A model generated the notes under the pieces. It made no database searches. It was not told where the DNA came from and saw only the letters and a program-made list of their open reading frames with translations. Made by a program: the position numbers and the translations under genes. A stretch of 64,000 nt of DNA from positions 608,001-672,000 of the forward strand of contig CAWFSF010000002.1 in NCBI GenBank assembly GCA_963818475.1. Direction: 5' to 3'. Of this stretch, positions 12,512 to 22,244 are shown in pieces (position 1 is the stretch's first letter; each line of letters opens with the position of its first letter). This DNA is from Nitrospirota bacterium (lineage in GTDB: Bacteria; Nitrospirota; UBA9217).

Positions 12512-12737
12512 TCATTCGCACCTCCACCGCAATGCCTTCAGCTTCTTTTTTTCTGAGAGAAAGCTTGTAATTCTTGATCGTCACCTCGATGGGGTCTCCC
12601 AGGGGCGCGATCTTTTCAACCTTCACTTCTTCGCCGACAAGCACGCCCATGTCCATGAGCCGTCGTTTGAGCGGTCCGAGAGCGCCCATTTTCGTGATTC
12701 TTCCCTTTTCTCCCGGCTTCAGCATTGCCAGATTCAT
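12480..12737 (-). CDS. feoA: FeoA (second copy)
   Basis: LKRRLMDMG...APLGDPIEVTIKNYKLSLRKKEA. Confidence 0.85.
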   Translation of the reverse strand: MNLAMLKPGEKGRITKMGALGPLKRRLMDMGVLVGEEVKVEKIAPLGDPIEVTIKNYKLSLRKKEAEGIAVEVRMSAQCDSEQRN

Positions 12738-13011
12738 TTCTCCGATCCTCCGTACCAGTATTTTCATCGCTATGCCGCGTCCCAGGGCGATCCGCGATTC
12801 GTCCACCTTGAGCAGGAGCGGTCCGCGGCCCCCGTTGCTCAGGACCTCCACGATCTTGCCGACGCGGACGCCCATGTCCTCGATCCGGTCCTGACAGCTT
12901 CGGTGCGCTGCGCGCTCTCCTGCGGGAACGGATGCGCATTCTCTTTCCGTTCCCGTACCTCTACGACCTCGCGCGAACTCCGTCGGCTCCGAGTAATCCG
13001 AGGGGAATCAT
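12738..13011 (-). CDS. feoA: FeoA-family protein (first copy; frameshifted at 5' end, reads in frame into the second feoA as assembled)
   Basis: GGAGG RBS + MIPLGLLG at 13011; later frame RIEDMGVRVGKIVEV...LLLKVDESRIALGRGIAMKILV. Confidence 0.7.
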
Positions 13012-13022
13012 TTGTATGCCTC

Positions 13023-13817
13023 CTATAATCTCCACGTGATCCCCGCAAGGAACGTGGTGTCTGTTTCCGGTTTATTCAAAGCTTCTTTTATGCCAAGATC
13101 GAGGTCCAGATTGTCGGTAACCGAGTAGACGAACCCGCCCAGGATGAAGGCCGGGTTCGTGTTCGAGGTCCTGTCCGGGTTCCGCTCCATGCCGATATTC
13201 GCGACGAGGTTCAAGTCCTTCACAACCTCCACCTGTGAGGCGAGGGAGGCGTGCCAGATGTTCTTTCTGTTTGCCTCTTCGTCCGCCTGAAGTTTGTACT
13301 CGTTGCGGGTGTATCCCGCATTGAAATGGAACGCCCAGGGACCTGTTTCCTTGGTGGTGATGAAGAACATACTGTAAGATACTTTTCCGTTGCCAAGCCC
13401 CTTCTCCTCGTCGCCGGTCGGAAGGCTGATGCCGGGCTTCACCGCAAAGCTCAAGCCGTCCTTTTCAGAGACGCGCGCTTTGAGCTCTATGGACAGGTCC
13501 GTGGCCCCCCGCACTGCCGTGGTAGTTCCCGCATCTTCGACCCTGACCGAAACAAAGGGAAGGCCGAACACGAGGTCTATGGTGTCGCTCAACCCGTATG
13601 ACAAGAAAGGAACCGTCGGCGCCTCAAAACTTTTCTCCGTAACCCCGTCTTCCTTATCGATCCCGTACTGGCCGGTGAATTCGAGCTGAGCCTTCCCCTT
13701 GCCCTGCGTTCCGGTGTCGTCAGTGATGAGCGGATGGGCGGCGAAAGCCGTTCCCGCAGCCGTGAGCGACACCATTAATCCGATTGACAAAACCGCTGCC
13801 GTAGCCATTTTAACCAT
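13023..13817 (-). CDS. Putative outer-membrane beta-barrel channel ('transporter' family)
   Basis: Signal peptide ending AFA; AHPLITDDTGT; amphipathic strands; C-terminal LAGITWRL. Confidence 0.7.
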   Translation of the reverse strand: MVKMATAAVLSIGLMVSLTAAGTAFAAHPLITDDTGTQGKGKAQLEFTGQYGIDKEDGVTEKSFEAPTVPFLSYGLSDTIDLVFGLPFVSVRVEDAGTTTAVRGATDLSIELKARVSEKDGLSFAVKPGISLPTGDEEKGLGNGKVSYSMFFITTKETGPWAFHFNAGYTRNEYKLQADEEANRKNIWHASLASQVEVVKDLNLVANIGMERNPDRTSNTNPAFILGGFVYSVTDNLDLDLGIKEALNKPETDTTFLAGITWRL

Positions 13818-13931
13818 TAACTGCTCCTCCTCTTTCTCTTTTGTTCATGAAGTTGATACCACGTACTACCGTACAATCGCTGTGCATCTTTTTTCGCTGC
13901 TTACGAAATCCGGCCGAGAGCCCCTTGTGCA

Positions 13932-13950
13932 GATAATGATAATCATTATC
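13932..13950. promoter_or_regulatory. Fur box, 19/19 match to the E. coli consensus
   Basis: GATAATGATAATCATTATC upstream of the porin-feo genes. Confidence 0.92.
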
Positions 13951-14023
13951 AACAAGAGGTCCAATAAAATGGCCGCTTCTGCCTCTTCGGCCCTCCTCCG
14001 GCGGCTTTACGACCTCGCGATCC

Positions 14024-14482
14024 CTACCTTGGTGAGCAGCTCACGGCTTCCGCCGTCTGGCACGCCGCGCACAGTCCATACATCTCCAGCTTATGGCTTT
14101 GAACTTTGAATCCCTTTTTGTTTGCCACGTCCTGCTGAAGTGCTTCGATGCGCTCATTCTCGAATTCGATGATCGAGCCACAACCGGTGCAGATCAGGTG
14201 GTCGTGATGAGCGTTCGGGTTCTTATATTCAAAGCGGGTGAAGCCATCTTCAAACCGACGCTCCTCGGCGAGGCCGGCTTCTGCCAGCAGCTTCAAGGTG
14301 CGATAGATCGTTGCATATCCGATACCGGGATGCGACTTTCTCACGCGGGCATACAGTTCTTCCGCACTCAGATGCCGCCCTGCCTCGATGAATGCGTTGA
14401 GGATTGCATCCCGCTGACTCGTGGATCTGAGCCCGTGCGTTGCAAGGTATTCAGACAATTGGAGAACGGGTGTTTTTTTCAT
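14024..14482 (-). CDS. fur: Ferric uptake regulator
   Basis: GLRSTSQR, HLSAEELY, ATIYRTL, HHDHLICTGCG, C-terminal CAAC. Confidence 0.93.
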   Translation of the reverse strand: MKKTPVLQLSEYLATHGLRSTSQRDAILNAFIEAGRHLSAEELYARVRKSHPGIGYATIYRTLKLLAEAGLAEERRFEDGFTRFEYKNPNAHHDHLICTGCGSIIEFENERIEALQQDVANKKGFKVQSHKLEMYGLCAACQTAEAVSCSPR

Positions 14483-14486
14483 ACTT

Positions 14487-14505
14487 GAAATTGATAACCA
14501 TTATC
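14487..14505. promoter_or_regulatory. Second Fur box (16/19), probable fur autoregulation
   Basis: GAAATTGATAACCATTATC 4 nt from the fur ATG. Confidence 0.8.
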
Positions 14506-14515
14506 AACAGGCGAT

Positions 14516-14544
14516 ATAGTACCATCCCCGATGTCTGCAGTCAA
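14516..14544 (-). promoter_or_regulatory. Sigma70 promoter of fur
   Basis: TTGACT-17 bp-TACTAT with TG extension on the minus strand. Confidence 0.7.
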
Positions 14545-14749
14545 TATGTTTTTCATTTTTTTTATTCAAGGCTAACAGGCTGCTTAAACTCTGAAAACCG
14601 CGCCTGTTAAGTAGTTTGCGGACTTCACGTCAATGAAAGCTAAAAAATGCGAAGCGCTCCCCACGTAATTCGTGATGAGGGAGCTGACAGGCTCGGCGAG
14701 AAACTCAACGTTTCTCGCCGCCCCGGCAGATTTTTTCGCGTGAAGTCTC

Positions 14750-14935
14750 TCAGGCGCCCTTCGCGCGGGAGCTTTTGTACCGTTCGAGGCACGGCTCACA
14801 TACACCGTCATGCTCGGACCAGCCCGGGAAATCTCGCTTCATCCGACTGATTACCAGCTCGTCGGCCGTACGGTGCAGGTCGTACAGCAACTCAGGAACT
14901 TCCTTTTTGCATAACGGACACTGTTTCATCTTCAT
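14750..14935 (-). CDS. Small hypothetical protein with two CxxC motifs
   Basis: CPLC...CEPC; purine-rich RBS-like sequence upstream. Confidence 0.65.
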   Translation of the reverse strand: MKMKQCPLCKKEVPELLYDLHRTADELVISRMKRDFPGWSEHDGVCEPCLERYKSSRAKGA

Positions 14936-15006
14936 AGCAAATCACCCTTTCGTTCATTCAATTGAATAAGACCCCTGCTTTCTCCGCAAAGAAACGGATC
15001 GTCGGA

Positions 15007-15198
15007 TTATTTGCACCTCTTGCAGCTTGAAAAGCCGACCAAGGCATAGGGCGGACACCAACCGATCAGGCCGGTCGCAAGAGGGACAATTCCAAGATAG
15101 GCCCAGGGCGATTGGGGTCCCGTAAAGGCAAGTGAGATAATCGCTATGCCTCCCATGATCCTGATTATTCTTTCAACTCCACCAATGTTTTTTTTCAT
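15007..15198 (-). CDS. DUF2892 (YgaP-like) small membrane protein
   Basis: KNIGGVERIIR...PLATGLIGWCPPY; AAGGAGG RBS. Confidence 0.88.
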   Translation of the reverse strand: MKKNIGGVERIIRIMGGIAIISLAFTGPQSPWAYLGIVPLATGLIGWCPPYALVGFSSCKRCK

Positions 15199-15283
15199 AC
15201 TGCCTCCTTAATATAGTGCGGCGCCGGCATAACTGCCGTACCGCTTTGTTGTCCGAAAGATATCAAAAAGGAGGACGGAGGTC

Positions 15284-15298
15284 TGTGACTTAGTCACC
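15284..15298. promoter_or_regulatory. Palindromic operator candidate (GTGAC-TTA-GTCAC) for the adjacent Crp-family regulator
   Basis: CRP-like half-sites about 85 nt upstream of DUF2892. Confidence 0.45.
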
Positions 15299-15441
15299 AG
15301 ACGGACGGAGGATGTGGTCAGGGAGGAAAAATCTGATATACACGGGTTGGACTTTAAACGATCTGTCACGTCACAAACTGCACAAAAGACCAGTTTGAAC
15401 GGTGCGATTCGTGTGCATCTATGCGGCAAAAACAGCGTATG

Positions 15442-16074
15442 TTACGGCCTCAACAGGGTGATCGAATTCCGGGAGAGCTTGACCAGCTTTCGGCGTTCAA
15501 AATCCTTGAGTAAACGGCTTACCACTTCACGCGAGGTGCCCAGGTCGTTGGCGATCTGCTGATGCGTACTCGCAAGCAGGTTGTTCCCGCTTTTTTCGAC
15601 AAGATAATCCATAAGCCGCTCGTCCATCCTGCCGAAGGCAATTTCTTCCACCAGTTCCATGACCATCGCCATTCGCTGGGTCATGATGGAAAAGACAAAA
15701 TTTTTCATCTGCTCTGATTCAGTTACCATACGCCTGAAATGCCGTGACGGACAAAGCATGAGATCGACCGCGCTAAGGGTCACCGCATGCGCAGGATAGG
15801 GTTTTCCCGAGAGGATGCACGAAGCATTCAGAATGCAGGTCTCGCCAGGCCCAATCTCGTAAAGCGTGATCTCCCTGCCCGTTTCACTGATCTTAAAAAC
15901 GCGGATATCTCCGGAAAGAACGAAGGCTATCGCGGAGCAGGCATCGCCCTCGCTGTAAAGCCGGCTCCCGGCCGACGCCTTTTGGCGGCTGCAGGCTGAT
16001 AAAAAATCCTGCAGTTGCCCGTCGCTCATTCCCTTGAATGCGGGAAACGTTTTGAGGAAATCATTTTGTTGCAT
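15442..16074 (-). CDS. Crp/Fnr family transcriptional regulator
   Basis: cNMP-like domain (GREITLYEIGPGETC), HTH THQQIANDLGTSREVVSRLLK; promoter TTGACA-17-TACTAT at 16086-16114. Confidence 0.92.
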   Translation of the reverse strand: MQQNDFLKTFPAFKGMSDGQLQDFLSACSRQKASAGSRLYSEGDACSAIAFVLSGDIRVFKISETGREITLYEIGPGETCILNASCILSGKPYPAHAVTLSAVDLMLCPSRHFRRMVTESEQMKNFVFSIMTQRMAMVMELVEEIAFGRMDERLMDYLVEKSGNNLLASTHQQIANDLGTSREVVSRLLKDFERRKLVKLSRNSITLLRP

Positions 16075-16297
16075 AGCTGGACAATATAGTAAGTGGAAGC
16101 ACGCAATTTGTCAATTCGAGAAATAGGAAAGAAAAGGCACAAGACGCTTTCTACAGGGAAAGAGACGCCGACCCTGGTCCGGGATCACTCGTCTAGGACG
16201 GGAAGGATGCCGAGGCTGCTCAGGAAGGAGAATCGGGCAATCTTGAAAATATAGTTTCTTATATTTCATGATCCGTCAACCGTAACCTGATAAATCG

Positions 16298-16328
16298 AAA
16301 AGCCTGCCGATGTAAATCCGGCAGGCTT
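16298..16328 (-). terminator. Intrinsic terminator after cytochrome c gene
   Basis: AAGCCTGCCG...CGGCAGGCTT stem with A-run on the plus strand. Confidence 0.65.
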
Positions 16329-16363
16329 GATTATTTCACGTGATTGCTGTTCCCCAGCCTGTG

Positions 16364-16951
16364 CTAGTGCGGCGGAGGCGGGGCAACAACGGAAGCAGGA
16401 ACCGCATTCCTGACCGGTTTGAGGCTCATGAGATACGCAAAGATCGCCTGGAGATCTGCATCGGTAAGCTTTGCATATTCCTGCCATGGCATAGGCGGCA
16501 ATATGTCCCTTTCACCACCCATGAACTTTCCTGTGCGAAGTATCCTGATGAACAGCTTCTCGTTCAAATTTCCGAAACCGGTTTCCCTGTCAGGAGTAAG
16601 GTTTGCGGCATAGCTGGTGCCCCATAAACCGACCCAGGCCGTCAAATTGTGGTTGAACAGGCCGCCCCATTTATCCATACCGATAACGCCCATCGGAATT
16701 GCGGCTATCCTCTCATCTGCCGGGTGCCCCGACAGCAGCCGGGCTTCATCCACTGCCGGGCCCTGCGCGGTCATCTTCTTGGGAGAGTGGCAGTCGTTGC
16801 ATCCACCCAGGGTGACAAGATATCTTCCGCGTTCGATCTCTGTTTTTTTCTGGCCGGTCATCTGTGGTTCTCCGGCGAAGGCAGGTTCATACACCAGAGT
16901 AAGACTGATGAATCCAACAAGCACCAATCCAGCAGCAGTAATTACCTTCAT
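16364..16951 (-). CDS. Periplasmic monoheme c-type cytochrome
   Basis: Signal peptide, RGRYLV, CNDCH, AANLTPD.ETG, PPMPW. Confidence 0.85.
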   Translation of the reverse strand: MKVITAAGLVLVGFISLTLVYEPAFAGEPQMTGQKKTEIERGRYLVTLGGCNDCHSPKKMTAQGPAVDEARLLSGHPADERIAAIPMGVIGMDKWGGLFNHNLTAWVGLWGTSYAANLTPDRETGFGNLNEKLFIRILRTGKFMGGERDILPPMPWQEYAKLTDADLQAIFAYLMSLKPVRNAVPASVVAPPPPH

Positions 16952-16980
16952 GATGTCTTCCTCCTTCGTAAGGGGCGTTG

Positions 16981-17168
16981 ATCCTAAAAATGGCATTTGG
17001 ACACGGAAGAATCGGAAACATCTGATTACCAGAAGTAGGCGCTTCTAAGCGACGCGGATAAATTCTGAAGCAAAGCATTCACCTATTAGGTGAACCTCTT
17101 ATAAAAGAAATAATCCGCCGTTATCCGGCTCTTATCCGTGTTTATCCGTGTCCAAATGTTTTTTAGGT
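16981..17168. repeat. MITE/REP-like intergenic element, family A copy 1
   Basis: Inverted ends CCTAAAAA..CATTTGGACACGGA / TCCGTGTCCAAATG..TTTTTAGG; central TTCACCTATTAGGTGAA. Confidence 0.75.
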
Positions 17169-17336
17169 TTATGCGCTGACAGCCTTCTCTTTTGATGAAA
17201 CGATAGCAAAAGGGTAAAGAGCAGTCAATGAGCCCAAAGGATGAATAATCAGGATGGTCTTTTTATAAGATAACGTTGTTGCTGGGAGGACCGGCCATCT
17301 GCTTGCCGGGAGATACACGTCGATCCTGCTCCGGGA

Positions 17337-18098
17337 TCACTCGTCAATGGCGGGAAGGATGCCGAAGGCAACCTCGTCGTTGATGAACCTGCGGATGATC
17401 TCTTTGGCGCCGGGAGTGGTCCTGACGAACTGCACCCCGACGCCCCACATGCCGGAAGCTTCGTCGTCCGGAGACTGGCAGTAGACGACCCGGGCTTCGG
17501 CGCGGACCGCCTCTTCCTGAAAGCTGACCTGCAGCACGACCTCGGAACCCTCGGGATAGGGCCGGAGCGTGCGCAGGTACATGCCGTTCGCCGAGAGGTT
17601 GGTGGCGCATTCGCCGTCCACACAGTCGAGGGGCCGGTCGTTCACGAGCACGGACAGCCGGGTGGGGATGCGGACGTCCCTGCGGCGCGATCCGGGCTCC
17701 AGCACGGGCTGAAGGACCTCATAGAGCTCATTGGCCTGGACGGGCTTGCTGATGCAGGACAGGGCTCCTGCCCGGCGACATTGCTGTTCGACCTCGGGCG
17801 CCAGGTCATGGGTCATGACGATGATGGGCACGGCAGCGGTCTGGTCGAGCTGCCTGATATGCTGCAGCAGGTCCAGGCCGCTCAGCCCCTTGAGGTGCAG
17901 TTCGGTCACGATCAGAGAGGGGGGCGAGGCTGACGCGATCTCGAGGGCGTTTCCGACGCCGAGGGCGGAGCAGGCATGGTATCCGAGGCGCTGGAGGATC
18001 ATGGACATGAGCACAAGGTTCCGGGCATCGCAGTCAACAACAAGGACGAACCTGTTCATGCGCTCCATGCTTCCAGGTGTGCTCCGGGCTTCCTCCAT
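17337..18098 (-). CDS. Pseudo-receiver + PilZ domain protein (start uncertain)
   Basis: REC fold with IVTEL in place of the phospho-Asp; PilZ RRDVR and NLSANG. Confidence 0.8.
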   Translation of the reverse strand: MEEARSTPGSMERMNRFVLVVDCDARNLVLMSMILQRLGYHACSALGVGNALEIASASPPSLIVTELHLKGLSGLDLLQHIRQLDQTAAVPIIVMTHDLAPEVEQQCRRAGALSCISKPVQANELYEVLQPVLEPGSRRRDVRIPTRLSVLVNDRPLDCVDGECATNLSANGMYLRTLRPYPEGSEVVLQVSFQEEAVRAEARVVYCQSPDDEASGMWGVGVQFVRTTPGAKEIIRRFINDEVAFGILPAIDE

Positions 18099-18484
18099 GG
18101 CCTGCCTCCTTGGATGGTACGGTGCTGCGTGACGTTCGTCGCCGGCCAATGCATCGGCATAGCGTGATTGTATAAGAAAGAGGCTGTCTGCGCAAGAGCT
18201 CTTTCCTGGGCAGGAGCCGTCTCAGTGGGTATTCTCGAGCTTCTGGACCGCGGTGCAGGCAACGCCATGCCCCGGACTGCAGGCTTTCTCGGAATTAGAG
18301 CATCAAGGGATTATAGGGTGTGATATTGGGGTCACCCGTTTACAGGGGTGACCCCAATAGAGATCTCGGATGAAGAACATCGGAAAACCATGTGCGGGAA
18401 AACCGCATTCACGGTTTGAAAGAGGGCTGGTCAATGAGACCGGCTCTCTACATTTAATGGCCATTCTTTTTTGGACAATTGTTG

Positions 18485-20137
18485 CTAATATTTTATAAAC
18501 GCCGCTTCACGATGGCCACCGTTCCCTTTTTCAACCCCTTTGCGCGTTGTCGCTGCCCCGGCCGCTATCTGTCCCTGCTGAGCGACAAACTGCCCGCTCT
18601 GTGCCTGCCGCCCTCCAGCCAGTTTTTTCATCGAAGGCGCTCGCAACGCAGTGTCCTCGCCATCTTCCACCTTAAAGAATGCGATCGTGCCCCGGAGCTG
18701 CTCGGCCTGGGATGAAAGCTCCTCCGCTGTGGCCGATATCTCCTCTGTTGCTCCCGCGTTCTGTTGGATGACATGGTTCAGCTGCTGAATCGCGGAGTTG
18801 ATCTGAGCGGATCCCGATGTCTGCTCCTTTGATGCCGCGCTGATCTCCTGTACCAGTTCAGCCGTCTTCTGGATGTCCGGGACGAGCTTTGCCAGCATTT
18901 GCCCGGCTTTCTCTGCAACCTCCACGCTCGTTATCGAGAGCTGGCTGATTTCGCCGGCCGCCGCCTGGCTTCTCTCCGCAAGCTTCCTGACTTCCGCTGC
19001 CACCACCGCAAAGCCCTTGCCGTGCTCGCCGGCCCTGGCCGCTTCTATTGCCGCGTTCAATGCCAAAAGGTTCGTTTGACGGGCGATCTCTTCGATAATA
19101 GAAACCTTTGCCGCGATCTCCTTCATGGCGCCAACCGTCTCGGACACTGCGTTTCCGCTCTCTGTCGCATCCTCTGCGGATTTAAGGGCGATTTTTTCAG
19201 TCTGGTGAGCGTTGTCCGCGTTCTGCCTGATGGTTGCGTTCATCTCCTCTATCGTGGAGGATGCTTCCTCGGCCGATGCCGCCTGCTGCGTCGTGCCCCG
19301 CGACAACTGGTCCGCGCCGGACGAAAGCTGCATACTGCCTGAGTTAACATTTTCCGCTGCCAGCTTGACGCCGGTGACGGTTTCGCGGATGTTTTCGATC
19401 ATTCCATTCAGTTTGACTGCGATGTCTCCGAGCTCATCGTCGGTTTTTATAAGAATGTTGTTCCTGAGATCGCCGTCCGATATCGTGGCGACCCAGTTCG
19501 ATATGGAGGTGAGACTCTTTTTGAGCGGTCTCGCCAGGAAAAAGGTCGATCCGGCAAAAAGCAATCCGACAACCCCGGCAAAGACGGCGATAAAGATAAG
19601 CTCCATGGTACGCTGTGCTTTTTCCATATCGCCCAATGCCTTCTCCGAAATGTTCTTCGCTTTATCGCTTAACTGCATGAGGATATCGTGTGTCTGTTTC
19701 AATGCAGGGACTGTTTCGGTCTCGTACGTGTCCATGGCGATGTCCGCCCTTCCTTCTTTGAGGGCAGTTATTATCTTGGAAGCTGTTGCATGAAGGTCTG
19801 AATGCGGCTTTTCGAGGCTCCGGTAAATGACCTCCAGCTCCTTGTCGGGCGTATAGCTGTAGTACCACTGGCCAAGAGCGCATTTTGTGTGATCGAGCTG
19901 CCCGGAAAAATCTTTTCCGAAAAGAATCGAATCTACGGCAAGCGCGTCTGCCCATTTGAAATGATCAAGTATGCGCACGTTGATAATGGACTGGAGCTGG
20001 GTTTGAGCGCTTACATGCTTAAGCCCGCTCCTGGTTTCACTGATTTTAATCTCGACGAAGCTAGCCAGTCCTATCAGCACAACGGTCAATATGACAATGG
20101 CTATGTAGGTCTTGTTGACGATGGTCACCCTCATCAC
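18485..20137 (-). CDS. Methyl-accepting chemotaxis protein with CZB domain
   Basis: TM-CZB ([22 protein letters not shown])-TM-HAMP-MA ([30 protein letters not shown]). Confidence 0.93.
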   Translation of the reverse strand: MMRVTIVNKTYIAIVILTVVLIGLASFVEIKISETRSGLKHVSAQTQLQSIINVRILDHFKWADALAVDSILFGKDFSGQLDHTKCALGQWYYSYTPDKELEVIYRSLEKPHSDLHATASKIITALKEGRADIAMDTYETETVPALKQTHDILMQLSDKAKNISEKALGDMEKAQRTMELIFIAVFAGVVGLLFAGSTFFLARPLKKSLTSISNWVATISDGDLRNNILIKTDDELGDIAVKLNGMIENIRETVTGVKLAAENVNSGSMQLSSGADQLSRGTTQQAASAEEASSTIEEMNATIRQNADNAHQTEKIALKSAEDATESGNAVSETVGAMKEIAAKVSIIEEIARQTNLLALNAAIEAARAGEHGKGFAVVAAEVRKLAERSQAAAGEISQLSITSVEVAEKAGQMLAKLVPDIQKTAELVQEISAASKEQTSGSAQINSAIQQLNHVIQQNAGATEEISATAEELSSQAEQLRGTIAFFKVEDGEDTALRAPSMKKLAGGRQAQSGQFVAQQGQIAAGAATTRKGVEKGNGGHREAAFIKY

Positions 20138-20261
20138 CGGATCCTCCTCCTCGTATCGTACGTATGCTGCGCTTAATGCTTTTTTTGTGGACCAAAGCTA
20201 AAAATGCCGGCAGCTGGCAATTTTAAGCTTCATGGGTTTAAATATATTCCATGCATTCGCC

Positions 20262-21113
20262 TTATTCCTGGATCTGCTTCCGATAGAGCTTCCAGAGATT
20301 GGCGCCTTCCCGGAGATTTACCGTCCCTTGCTGACTGATAATTTCCTGGCCTTCTTTGCTTTTTGCGAACTCAATGAATTTAGCGCTTGCTTGATCCGGT
20401 GCTACGGTTGTCACGAGATAAAGCGGACGATACAGAAGATATTTCCCGGATGCGATGTTTTCTTTCGAAGTATCAATTCCATTAAGACGAAGTATTTTCA
20501 CATCTCTTTTTCTCGCACTTGATATCCCGGTTATGCCCACTGCCCACTTGTCTTTTTCGATAGCCTTCTCCATTGGGCCGCTGTCCTCGAACAACGCTGC
20601 AGTAACGAAGGTCTTATTGGGATCATGGAACAGGATTTCGCGCACCATTAAGCCCACTCCCGAATCTTTTTCATCGCGATCGAAGTATTTGATCGGCATT
20701 TTCGACGGCCCTCCCAGGGCTCCCCAGTCCTTTACCCGGCCCTCCAGCACGGCTTTCAGCTGTTGCACGGTAATAGAATCCACAGGATTTGATTTGTTGA
20801 CGATCACCACCAGCGCGTCCCATGCAACGTGATGCAGGGTCACCCCTTTTTCTTCAGGCTGATCCACTGCATGACGGCACGTTCCCCCCAGATTTTTCTT
20901 ATGGGAAGCAATGTCCCTGATGCCGAGTGTTGCGCCACCGCCCTGTATGTCCACCTCTATTCCGTGCAGCTCCTTGAATTTAACTGCCAGTTGTTCCATG
21001 AAGGCAAGTTTCACGATGCCGCATCCCGTATAACTTATTTTTTGAGCAGGTGCCGCCCCGAGCAGGAACCCGGTAATAAGGACCACACAGCCTATCAACC
21101 ACATCTTTTTCAT
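20262..21113 (-). CDS. PstS-like periplasmic substrate-binding protein
   Basis: Signal peptide; GGGATLGI, VAWDALVVIVNKSNPV, SGKYLLYRPLY. Confidence 0.8.
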   Translation of the reverse strand: MKKMWLIGCVVLITGFLLGAAPAQKISYTGCGIVKLAFMEQLAVKFKELHGIEVDIQGGGATLGIRDIASHKKNLGGTCRHAVDQPEEKGVTLHHVAWDALVVIVNKSNPVDSITVQQLKAVLEGRVKDWGALGGPSKMPIKYFDRDEKDSGVGLMVREILFHDPNKTFVTAALFEDSGPMEKAIEKDKWAVGITGISSARKRDVKILRLNGIDTSKENIASGKYLLYRPLYLVTTVAPDQASAKFIEFAKSKEGQEIISQQGTVNLREGANLWKLYRKQIQE

Positions 21114-21192
21114 GATCTTTCTCCTTTTATCAGGTTTTTTAATTTTTCAGCTTTGTTTCCCGCTGCTGTTTTAATCATTTTTTTGATCGCGC

Positions 21193-21233
21193 AACTGTCG
21201 TTGGCCGGAACAGAATTCCGGCCAACGACAGTT
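21193..21233. terminator. Long perfect hairpin after the Tat cytochrome gene
   Basis: AACTGTCGTTGGCCGGAA-caga-ATTCCGGCCAACGACAGTT. Confidence 0.55.
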
Positions 21234-21240
21234 CGTTTGA

Positions 21241-22050
21241 CTATTTACCGTTCCTATGATGACCGTTCGTGCTCACTTTCGTGATTTCCGAATGGCATAC
21301 ATTGCAGTTCTCGTATCCTCTGGTGAACTGCCCGCCGCTGTAATCCGTGCCGACATAGTGGCACTGGACGCAGGTGGTAGAACTGGCCGGCACCGGCAGC
21401 CCGGGCCTTCCGTTGTTCAGCATCTCCACAGCTTTGGCGGCGACGTCGCCTGCCAGGCGCGCGCACCGTTCCGAACGCTCGGGCGATCCGCTTGCGTACC
21501 CCGATGCAAGGCACCAGTTCGTGACAGAGTTGTGGCAGAGAGTGGTTTTTGCGATGCTCTGCGCCAATGGACCGGTAGGAGCAACGATGTTCGATGGAAG
21601 CGGCGTCTGTGTATACCAGGTGAGAAGGTCCGAGATGAATCCCTGGGCATCCACTTGCGCGCAGATAAGCCCGATTGCCGCACATGCCCCGTTCAGCGCC
21701 CCGCAGAAACTGGCGAAACCGGCGACGCCGCTCGCAGCCCATTCCATCATAGGCGTCGGGATGTTCGCGTACGGGCCGTACGGGTCCGCGGCAGCCAGCT
21801 GGCTGATAATGGCGTTGAATGAAGCAAATCCACAATGCTGATGCTTGACCCCGTCAATAACAATTCCTTTATACGAGTTATATCCGAGCTGCCTTGTTGC
21901 TTCCGCGTCAAGCGGAGCATACCCGAAGGGATGCGCTACCGCGGCATTGGCCTTCCCCGGATTTACCAGAGTCAATCCGCCCGCTGCAACAACGCCCGCC
22001 ATCACCCCAGCACCTACTTTCAAGAAATCTCTTCGCGATGAGTCTGACAT
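21241..22050 (-). CDS. Tat-exported C-GCAxxG-C-C family redox protein with two C-terminal CxxCH hemes (split-Soret cytochrome c-like)
   Basis: SRRDFLK; HCG, CGALNG, LCHNSV, ERCARL; CVQCH and CNVCH. Confidence 0.8.
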   Translation of the reverse strand: MSDSSRRDFLKVGAGVMAGVVAAGGLTLVNPGKANAAVAHPFGYAPLDAEATRQLGYNSYKGIVIDGVKHQHCGFASFNAIISQLAAADPYGPYANIPTPMMEWAASGVAGFASFCGALNGACAAIGLICAQVDAQGFISDLLTWYTQTPLPSNIVAPTGPLAQSIAKTTLCHNSVTNWCLASGYASGSPERSERCARLAGDVAAKAVEMLNNGRPGLPVPASSTTCVQCHYVGTDYSGGQFTRGYENCNVCHSEITKVSTNGHHRNGK

Positions 22051-22244
22051 GTTATTTCCTCCTTAAGGTATGGGTATCATGATGTTTCGAGCACCGATGG
22101 TCAGAATTGCCAGCCAGTATGACTGCTCAGTGAAACGGTTCCGGTTTGCCGCCTTTCTTTTTTGCATGCCTCCCGCTGCACAGGGAATACTATAAAAGAA
22201 GCGCCGCACAGGTGAAAAATCCCTCTTCTTGCCTCGAAAATCTA

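Noticed and set aside
10267-13011. Magnetosome-island feoAB
   Set aside because: No mam/mad/man genes nearby; ordinary Fur-controlled context
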